The notes below the pieces were generated by a model, which saw only the letters and a program-made list of their open reading frames with translations, did no database searches and had not been told where the DNA came from. 10,263 bases of DNA. Source: Verrucomicrobiota bacterium (GTDB lineage Bacteria; Verrucomicrobiota; Verrucomicrobiia; Opitutales; Cerasicoccaceae). Of the stretch, positions 1-6,357 are shown one piece after another. A program made the position numbers and the translations under genes. The stretch's first letter is position 1; the number at the start of each line of letters is the position of its first letter. Where the stretch lies: NCBI GenBank assembly GCA_039818205.1, contig JBCBUK010000036.1:1-10263 (forward strand), given 5' to 3'.

Positions 1-84
1 TCAAGGTCGGAATTCTTGGCTCAGATATAGTTCAGTTCACAAATAGCTTTGGAGCATTTATTCTGGACGAGGTTCCGACCTTGA
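1..84. repeat. Perfect 12-bp inverted repeat TCAAGGTCGGAA (1-12) / TTCCGACCTTGA (73-84) around a 60-bp inverted segment
   Basis: Read directly: the reverse complement of 73-84 equals 1-12. Pairing breaks at 13/72 and runs out to the window edge on the left. Confidence 0.95.
3..80 (+). other. Inverted coding fragment: in-frame continuation of the 32..6310 gene lying on the + strand (KVGILGSDIVQFTNSFGAFILDEVPT)
   Basis: + strand codons from 3: aag gtc gga att ctt ggc tca gat ata gtt cag ttc aca aat agc ttt gga gca ttt att ctg gac gag gtt ccg acc. This overlaps KVG of the minus-strand gene and fits the T-(D/N)-x-x-G-x-F-x-L-x-x-V-P pattern of carboxypeptidase-regulatory-like domains. Confidence 0.88.
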
Positions 85-3000
85 TATTCGCTAGTGGCTG
101 GATCTGCGGATCAAGTACTACGCCTGAAAGTGTCGTATCGAAGAGAGCAGTATCAAAAGTGTATTGATATGCGGCAATGCTCGTCAATCCGTTCGCATCA
201 GGCAGACCTGATTCAAGCGTAACCGTGATAGTGTCTCCGTGGTCGAAAGTAAAATGCGGGATAACTTCCAAGGTTTGACCATCGGCTGAGAGTAATGCAT
301 TGAATGTCAGTAACTCGCTCGGGCGCAATCGGCTCGCGAGGTCAAGTTCCATTTGAAAATCGGTCGCTGGATCCATCGGCTCCGAAAACTCGATAAACAA
401 TGAGGCATTCGGCGATACTCCGACATCACCGTCGCCAGGCAGAGCGCTCAATACATATGGCGCGGTGTCGTCGTGTACTATTGGGAATGACTGGGATTTG
501 GTCTGGTTACCAGCGGCATCCCGGGCATAAATTTCCAAGGTACTTGCCGTATTTTCATTAATGGGCACTTGAATAGTCCAGGATCCATCTACGCTATCGG
601 ATGGTACTTGAACCTGTACCGGCACTAAACCGTTTTCGACAACGATAATACTGCCTGGCTCTCCCTTACCTGAAACAGTGATCACGCGATCGCTAAATAG
701 AGTCAGATCAACTGAAACCTCGTACGGATCTGAAGGCGGCTCAGTATCGAAAAACACCTCAACTTCGTTGAAACCCAAATTCCCTTCGTAGTCCTCGGCC
801 TCAGCTCTTAGCGTTGTGAGGCCAGGTTCTTCGGGCATAGCATATATCAAAAAGAAATTACCGAGCTCCTGGTGTGCGACAACACCATTCACATCCACCG
901 AATTGAGTCTAACACCTTCTTCCACGACAATTAAGGTCTCAATTACCTCTACGCCAATTACTTCTGCCTCGCCATCGACGGACTCTGGGTCTGGATATAG
1001 AAAGCTTACCTGCGGTGCTCGAGTATCCAGGCCCTCTGGCTGTATGAATACGCTAAAATCAACCGAATCAGATTTAACCGTTCCATCCAGTAAGGTCCCG
1101 CTCACAGCCACTGAGACACTGCCCTCATCAACCGTAAAGTCAGCCAACATAGCAGCGTAATTGAAGATGGAAATCTTCTCCGAATTCGAAAGCGCTTTTG
1201 ACCAGAAAGCGTTCGAGTCCAACTCATTCTTAAGCGCAGCCACCTCAGCGACCTTATCCGCGAAATCCACTGAAGAATCAAAATCTTGGATTCCACCATC
1301 TTTGTTGATGAAGCGGAAGTGTAATGAACCTCCAACATCTGCTACGATCAACCTGCGACTTCCGGAACTATCGGTAATCGCTCCGCTTTGAAGCGTAACA
1401 TCATAGGGTTCTAGAATGAATTGTTTTGCGAAGTAAGGACCGATCAATGCCATATCTTCGGTCACCGAGGAGCCATTCGCATCGGTTTCCATCGTGACAC
1501 TTGTAAACTCTGCTGGGTTGTCCAATATACCAGTGATCATTACCGAGTAACTGTTGTACTCCAAGTCTGCGCTCGGGGATATGATACGGACGCCGGTTTC
1601 GCGCCTCAAATGAGTAAGGGATACTGTAGCTGGGAGCCCAGGAGCGCCACCGCTCTCAATGACATAGGCAACGAGCTCATTGAGTGAATCTTGAACCAAA
1701 GGAACCTGGATCGAGAATCGGGCATCGGCAGTTCCATCTCCAGGAATATCAACACTCGCTTGAGCCGCGCCACCAAGGACAAAAAGACTCGTTCCGGTTC
1801 GAGCTGTCCCACGAAGAGTAATGAAAGGAGAGGTCGTACGCGCAAAACCAAGTGGATCCAAAATCGGAGCGGCTAGCAGATCCGGCCCACTCTGAATGGC
1901 ATTTACCGTAAACGATCCAGATTCCACCTGGGAACTCAAATTTCCTTTTGCATCAATCAATCCCGCGGTAATCGAAAGGTTGTAAATCGTTCCGATCTGC
2001 CAATCCGCATCAGGTTTGAACACGATCCGTTGGTTATGCTCATCAGCAAAGCTCCACACACCAGTGATACCATTGTCCAAATCGATGGTCGGCAAATCCT
2101 GGAGACTCTCATCAAAGGCAAGGACAAGATTCGCAGTCGGATTCCTAGGCGATATTACACGCTCCAATGTTGGAGGAGTGCTGTCTTGAAAGGCAGTAAA
2201 GAGTGAAGCAGGAGAAACGATGTTACCATCAGTCACGGTGATATTGAACTCATTCTTCGCATCCGGAACCAACGCAACGCGCAAGGAAAAGTCTCCATTC
2301 ACATCCGCTATTACAAACTCACCGCTCGAAGAACGAACTTCTAAATTCGGAGAGGTTGTCCCAATGATATCAACAAATAGTGCACCAGTCTCATCAACAT
2401 CGGCGTATAAAAACGGTGCATCCAGGCTGCCAATCGCGGTAGTAAAGGTCACCTCCTCTTGTGCCTGCAAATAATTCCCAACATCATCACGTACCGATGT
2501 TGGAATTCGTAAAGTATACTCTAAACCGCCTTGCAACGGTTCCTGCGGAGTCAAGGTAACAACTTGCTCGTTCCCATCGAAAGCAACCTCTGTTGGAATC
2601 TCGCCAAGATTCGGACGGAACAAGAAGATATCATCGATTGTTCCAGGGTTCAGTTTTCGACTCATGGAAACCGTAATTGGGGCAGCAGTATCGACATTCG
2701 TTTCCCCATCTACAGGAACAGTAGATAGAATTTGAAATGCGCTATCGTTCCGCTCGACATTAAATGGAACCTCTTGAGAGGAGTTTGGCTGCGTCGCGTT
2801 ATCCGATGCAGTCGCAATTAAGTTATACGTGCTCTCGGTAGCAAGTGGAACGTTGACAACGAATGAGCCATCATCTCCTGCGACCACAGTAGCGAGGCTC
2901 GCTACCCCATCGGAAATTGTAACGGTGCTTCCCGCCTCGGCAGTTCCAATTACCTCGACACTACTTTCGTTGGTCACTGCTCGGTAGCTAATGATTTCTG

Positions 3001-6000
3001 GATCATCCGGTGCCGTTTGGTCGATCGTCTCAAAGCGATACTCAAGGAGACCATCAAACGCGTTGCCCGCCAAATCGGTCAATGGCCCTAAGATCGACAA
3101 CAGCACATCCGATCCATTGAGCAAAATGGTCGGGGTTATGGTTATCTGCGTATTCCCGCTTCCGTCGAGGCTTGATGTCATCGAGAAAGGCAAAACACTT
3201 CCGCCTTGCGAAAACTGAAAATCGCTCTCCAATGGAGTCTCCATCGCTGAATCAAAAGTCAGCGTAACCGCTGGAGCAGCAACAGTCAGAACACCACCGA
3301 CTGGTGGCAAAATACCATCAACTTCAGCTAATGCCGGAGCCAAGGTATCGTGTCTGACAAACGGCAACAATTTCTGACTTTCAAGACCATTTGCTCCGAT
3401 CGCTGTCAAACTGAGAACATTTTCAGAACCCACATCATTCAATACTAATGGGATGACAACTGAAACTTGACCCGTCGAATCCGAGCGACCAATCAAGTCA
3501 CCACTAAACAAGCCGCCATCAATTCGATATGCAGTATCCGGATCCATCGTCGCAAAGAGAGCGACCTCGCGGCTCTGAACGTGTCCGCTTGGGGAAAGCG
3601 TTTGAACGACAGGCACTGCCGGCACTGACGAGTCAACATCCAGAAGATGAGTAAGCGAACTATTGCCAGAAGACGACGTGTAACTAATGAGGATCTCATT
3701 GTTTGCGTTTGCCGTAACTCCGCTAATTGTCACGCTATCACTAACGATGCTCGCAAGGTGGTCGGTTCCGTTGACCGAAAATTCCGTTAACGAAGCGCGA
3801 TTCTGAACGATCAGCGTCAAATCAACATTGGCACTGGGCACGGTTTCGCCGTAGCTTGGAGACAGAATCTGGACAAATGCCGGTCCACCCGCATCACTAA
3901 CCGAAAAGGACCGATCAACAGAAGCGGACACGTTACCTGCTTCATCCATAGCCTGAATCGCTAAAGTCGGAGATACACCATGGACAAAATCCAACGTTGT
4001 TGTAAAGAACCCCTCGGCATTCGCGACAACTGGCGTACCGCCATTAATCGACACCGTTCCTCCAGGATTCGCGTCATTGATAAATCCGGCTACCGTAACT
4101 GTGCCACTATTTACATCGGCACCTTCGGTTGGAGATAAAACTGTAATTGTTGGAGCCACGGTATCAGATATCAACTGATGACCAACGTTACTGACATTTC
4201 CCAAGCTATCCAGGGCAGTAAACACCAGATAGTTCGACTGATCGGAGAAGACAATCACCTCATCAGTCGCAAAATTTGAGCTCGAATCGGCTACTGCTTC
4301 GATCGAATTACGAGCTCCAGAAACTGTGACTACGGAATCCGCTGTCGCAGTTCCCGCGAATGGCACCCGGTCATTTTGAATATAACTCGGCGGGTTAGTT
4401 AAGACGATGGCTCCTGGTACCGTTTGACGAATGACGGTGAAGTTGAACGCATCACTCACATTTCCAGCTAGGTCAAAAGCCTGAACCGAAAATAGATTCG
4501 TCTCCTGCCCCAGCGCTAGCTTCGTCGTAAACAGACCATTGACCGGCAATATCGGATCACCACCATTAATCGTTACCCAACCAGAGTGATCATCAATCTG
4601 ACCGGTAACACTAACGGTCCGCGCTGCGGTCGTCACGCTTTCGTCATCTGCTGGACTCAATTCAACAAAACTAGGAGCCACCGTATCGCGTGACACTTGA
4701 ACTGAGCGGCTCGTGCTATTTCCAGCGGTATCTGTCGCGACTAGAACAAAATCATTGATTCCTTCTTCAAGCGGCAAAGTAGCCGAAAAATACTGAGCTC
4801 CTGAGCTCATATCAACGCCATTGACTGTAACCGAAATCAATCCACTTTGGTCATCGCATTCAGCCTGAACACTAACACTTGCGCCATTGGTTACACTTCC
4901 AGAATTCGGCGATATGACTACAAGGTCCGGCGCTAAGGTGTCATAGTAAATCGTGAACGTTTCGGAATATGCGTTTCCGGCATTGTCGATAACGTCGACC
5001 GTAATTGTATTATTGCCTTCGATCAAAGGAAGAGCTTCTGAGAAAGAATTTGTGCCATCATCAGACAGCTTTGCCTCAACGCCATTCACAAAAACTTGAG
5101 CAGCTTCACTCAGCTTTCCTGAATAAGAAAAGGTGTTTGAATTCGTATAAGTGGTTGTCGCCATCGAAGCTGTCGGACTGTCGATAGCGGGTGGCGAGGT
5201 ATCCAGAATAACCTTAGACGTAACCGTTTGTGTATTACCAAGGACGTCGGCCACGACGAACTCAAGTAAATTCACCCCCTCACTAAGTGAGACATCAATG
5301 GAAAAATTTCCAGCCGAGAGAGCACTTAAATAGTCGACACCATTAATTTCAAAAGAATGTGTTGAGTCCCCAACTTTACCGTCAACCGTTATTAGGTTGA
5401 TATTCGTATACATGGGATCGAAAAACGGATGATTGACTGTTAAGACTGGTGCTTGAGTCACCCGATTAATCGAAAGTGTCTCCACGACTACATTTCCAGT
5501 TTGGTCCCGCAACCTCACGGCCAATTCATTTAGACCTTCGTCGGGAAGGGGCTGATTAAAACTGAACGATCCAGGCGGAACCGCGGAGGCCAAGGAGGTT
5601 TCAGTAACGCTATCAATCACCACACCATTAACGCTCAAACTCTGAAAATTTGTCGAAGTGACTACCCCAGATATCGCTATTGATCCGGTCGCGATCTCTA
5701 TTTCCGGAGTTCCAGGAATCGGATCGGAGATCGCATCCAATACAAGCGTCGACGGAATACCCCAATTCTCGAGGCCAAAGCTGAACAAATACTTCAGCTG
5801 ACCAACATTGGCTGGCTGATAGTTCATATCCATATCGTTGCCAACGTATGTCTGTGGATCTTTCCAAGGATAGGGATAATAGTCAGCCGAAGCTGAATCG
5901 GATTGATTCAGCACAACCCAAGGTGTCACATCGTAGCCACGCTGCTCGAAACGATCGTAGAATGGCTTAGCAATCTCCTTCAACTGGCCTAGCAATAGGA

Positions 6001-6310
6001 TCTGGTAATTGTCGTCCGTCGTTGTGCTGAAACCTTCGACCAGCGCTTTGATCTCACTGCCAGCACTCCCCTTCTCTTCCGCTTCCATTGTGAGATAGGC
6101 CTGGTACGCCATGAATTTAGCCTGCCCGAGTAAGGCAAGCTGGTAGTTTTCACCAATAACAGTATCACTGGTCTGGTCGCTGCCAGAGTCGACAACTCCG
6201 TATTCGGACCACCAGGCCGGAACAGTTGCACCGAGCGGCAAAGCAGCCCAGACCAATACTGCGGCCGTGAACAAAATGGCTTTTTGGAAATTCTTTTGGA
6301 GTATGAACAT
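32..6310 (-). CDS. Giant secreted multi-Ig-domain protein (putative adhesin/surface protein), 2092 aa as assembled; true C-terminus probably lost through the inversion at 13-72
   Basis: Uninterrupted 6279-bp ORF, ATG at 6308-6310, N-terminal signal peptide. Recurrent ~85-105 aa modules with D-T-x-(A/P)-P linkers and D-x-x-G-N motifs (RDQTGN, ADVLGN, IDNAGN, TDTAGN, FDLAGN, LDSLGN, MDEAGN, TDLAGN, RDDVGN, IDAKGN, EDYEGN, RDAAGN). The last 13 aa (TSSRINAPKLFVN) and the TGA at 32-34 come from the inverted segment. Confidence 0.93.
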   Translation of the reverse strand: MFILQKNFQKAILFTAAVLVWAALPLGATVPAWWSEYGVVDSGSDQTSDTVIGENYQLALLGQAKFMAYQAYLTMEAEEKGSAGSEIKALVEGFSTTTDDNYQILLLGQLKEIAKPFYDRFEQRGYDVTPWVVLNQSDSASADYYPYPWKDPQTYVGNDMDMNYQPANVGQLKYLFSFGLENWGIPSTLVLDAISDPIPGTPEIEIATGSIAISGVVTSTNFQSLSVNGVVIDSVTETSLASAVPPGSFSFNQPLPDEGLNELAVRLRDQTGNVVVETLSINRVTQAPVLTVNHPFFDPMYTNINLITVDGKVGDSTHSFEINGVDYLSALSAGNFSIDVSLSEGVNLLEFVVADVLGNTQTVTSKVILDTSPPAIDSPTASMATTTYTNSNTFSYSGKLSEAAQVFVNGVEAKLSDDGTNSFSEALPLIEGNNTITVDVIDNAGNAYSETFTIYYDTLAPDLVVISPNSGSVTNGASVSVQAECDDQSGLISVTVNGVDMSSGAQYFSATLPLEEGINDFVLVATDTAGNSTSRSVQVSRDTVAPSFVELSPADDESVTTAARTVSVTGQIDDHSGWVTINGGDPILPVNGLFTTKLALGQETNLFSVQAFDLAGNVSDAFNFTVIRQTVPGAIVLTNPPSYIQNDRVPFAGTATADSVVTVSGARNSIEAVADSSSNFATDEVIVFSDQSNYLVFTALDSLGNVSNVGHQLISDTVAPTITVLSPTEGADVNSGTVTVAGFINDANPGGTVSINGGTPVVANAEGFFTTTLDFVHGVSPTLAIQAMDEAGNVSASVDRSFSVSDAGGPAFVQILSPSYGETVPSANVDLTLIVQNRASLTEFSVNGTDHLASIVSDSVTISGVTANANNEILISYTSSSGNSSLTHLLDVDSSVPAVPVVQTLSPSGHVQSREVALFATMDPDTAYRIDGGLFSGDLIGRSDSTGQVSVVIPLVLNDVGSENVLSLTAIGANGLESQKLLPFVRHDTLAPALAEVDGILPPVGGVLTVAAPAVTLTFDSAMETPLESDFQFSQGGSVLPFSMTSSLDGSGNTQITITPTILLNGSDVLLSILGPLTDLAGNAFDGLLEYRFETIDQTAPDDPEIISYRAVTNESSVEVIGTAEAGSTVTISDGVASLATVVAGDDGSFVVNVPLATESTYNLIATASDNATQPNSSQEVPFNVERNDSAFQILSTVPVDGETNVDTAAPITVSMSRKLNPGTIDDIFLFRPNLGEIPTEVAFDGNEQVVTLTPQEPLQGGLEYTLRIPTSVRDDVGNYLQAQEEVTFTTAIGSLDAPFLYADVDETGALFVDIIGTTSPNLEVRSSSGEFVIADVNGDFSLRVALVPDAKNEFNITVTDGNIVSPASLFTAFQDSTPPTLERVISPRNPTANLVLAFDESLQDLPTIDLDNGITGVWSFADEHNQRIVFKPDADWQIGTIYNLSITAGLIDAKGNLSSQVESGSFTVNAIQSGPDLLAAPILDPLGFARTTSPFITLRGTARTGTSLFVLGGAAQASVDIPGDGTADARFSIQVPLVQDSLNELVAYVIESGGAPGLPATVSLTHLRRETGVRIISPSADLEYNSYSVMITGILDNPAEFTSVTMETDANGSSVTEDMALIGPYFAKQFILEPYDVTLQSGAITDSSGSRRLIVADVGGSLHFRFINKDGGIQDFDSSVDFADKVAEVAALKNELDSNAFWSKALSNSEKISIFNYAAMLADFTVDEGSVSVAVSGTLLDGTVKSDSVDFSVFIQPEGLDTRAPQVSFLYPDPESVDGEAEVIGVEVIETLIVVEEGVRLNSVDVNGVVAHQELGNFFLIYAMPEEPGLTTLRAEAEDYEGNLGFNEVEVFFDTEPPSDPYEVSVDLTLFSDRVITVSGKGEPGSIIVVENGLVPVQVQVPSDSVDGSWTIQVPINENTASTLEIYARDAAGNQTKSQSFPIVHDDTAPYVLSALPGDGDVGVSPNASLFIEFSEPMDPATDFQMELDLASRLRPSELLTFNALLSADGQTLEVIPHFTFDHGDTITVTLESGLPDANGLTSIAAYQYTFDTALFDTTLSGVVLDPQIQPLANIKVGTSSRINAPKLFVN
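74..139 (-). other. N-terminal part of a carboxypeptidase-regulatory-like (transthyretin-like) beta-sandwich domain
   Basis: aa 2058-2079 DTTLSGVVLDPQIQPLANIKVG match the typical (I/L)SGxVxDxxGxPLxGxxV opening. Confidence 0.75.
149..472 (-). other. SbsA-type Ig-like (Big_5-like) domain
   Basis: aa 1947-2054: DDTAPYVLSALPGDGDVGVSPNASLFIEFSEPMDPAT...TLEVIP...ITVTLESGLPDANG...YTFDT. Confidence 0.75.
1133..1405 (-). other. ~90-aa alpha/beta domain inserted into an Ig-like module
   Basis: aa 1636-1726: short beta strands (RRLIVADVGGSLHFRFINKDG) followed by amphipathic helices (DKVAEVAALKNELD, SNSEKISIFNYAAMLA). It lies between FAKQFILEP and DEGSVSVAVSG, which read as consecutive Ig strands. Confidence 0.65.
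1904..2185 (-). other. SbsA-type Ig-like (Big_5-like) domain
   Basis: aa 1376-1469: DSTPPTL...LVLAFDESL...IVFKPDADWQIGTIYNLSITAGLIDAKGN...SFTV. Confidence 0.7.
2435..2746 (-). other. SbsA-type Ig-like (Big_5-like) domain
   Basis: aa 1189-1292: ILSTVPVDGETNVDTAAPITVSMSRKLNPGT...VTLTPQEPLQGGLEYTLRIPTSVRDDVGNYL...TFTT. Confidence 0.8.
3023..3349 (-). other. SbsA-type Ig-like (Big_5-like) domain
   Basis: aa 988-1096: DTLAP...VTLTFDSAM...ITITP...LTDLAGNAF...YRFET. Confidence 0.65.
5762..6223 (-). other. Uncharacterised N-terminal helical domain with three NYQxxxxGQxK repeats
   Basis: aa 30-183: PAWW start; NYQLALLGQAK (6116-6148), NYQILLLGQLK (5978-6010), NYQPANVGQLK (5792-5824); also FYDR, YPW and FSF motifs. 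Confidence 0.8.
6227..6310 (-). other. Sec-type signal peptide (aa 1-~28)
   Basis: Basic n-region (QKNFQK), hydrophobic core AILFTAAVLVWAAL, and a plausible cleavage after PLGA. No lipobox Cys. Confidence 0.75.
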
Positions 6311-6317
6311 CTAGCGC

Positions 6318-6323
6318 ACTATA
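6318..6323 (-). promoter_or_regulatory. Possible -10 element TATAGT, 7 nt upstream of the ATG (leaderless-type arrangement)
   Basis: The minus strand reads ...ttaattt TATAGT gcgctag ATG, a 5/6 match to TATAAT. There is no Shine-Dalgarno and no convincing -35. Confidence 0.25.
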
Positions 6324-6357
6324 AAATTAAAATAACCAAAGTAATTGGGCTCATCGA

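Larger units (their letters stand above)
149..5743 (-). repeat. Tandem array of about 19 degenerate bacterial Ig-like modules (aa ~190-2054)
   Basis: Protein-level periodicity of ~85-105 aa, marked by DT(x)(A/P)P linkers, V-N-G turns, L-x-E-G-x-N strands and D-x-x-G-N motifs. No near-identical DNA repeats seen. Confidence 0.8.

Noticed and set aside
816..5333. Short + strand ORFs (816..1160, 1161..1391, 1421..1687, 1691..1876, 2220..2474, 2531..2728, 2991..3218, 5005..5187, 5151..5333)
   Set aside because: They are antisense shadows of the 2092-aa gene, mostly with GTG/TTG starts, and show no recognisable motifs.
6336..6350. Possible intrinsic terminator in the intergenic spacer
   Set aside because: There is only a 4-bp stem (ccaa/ttgg) before the T-rich run, which is too weak.
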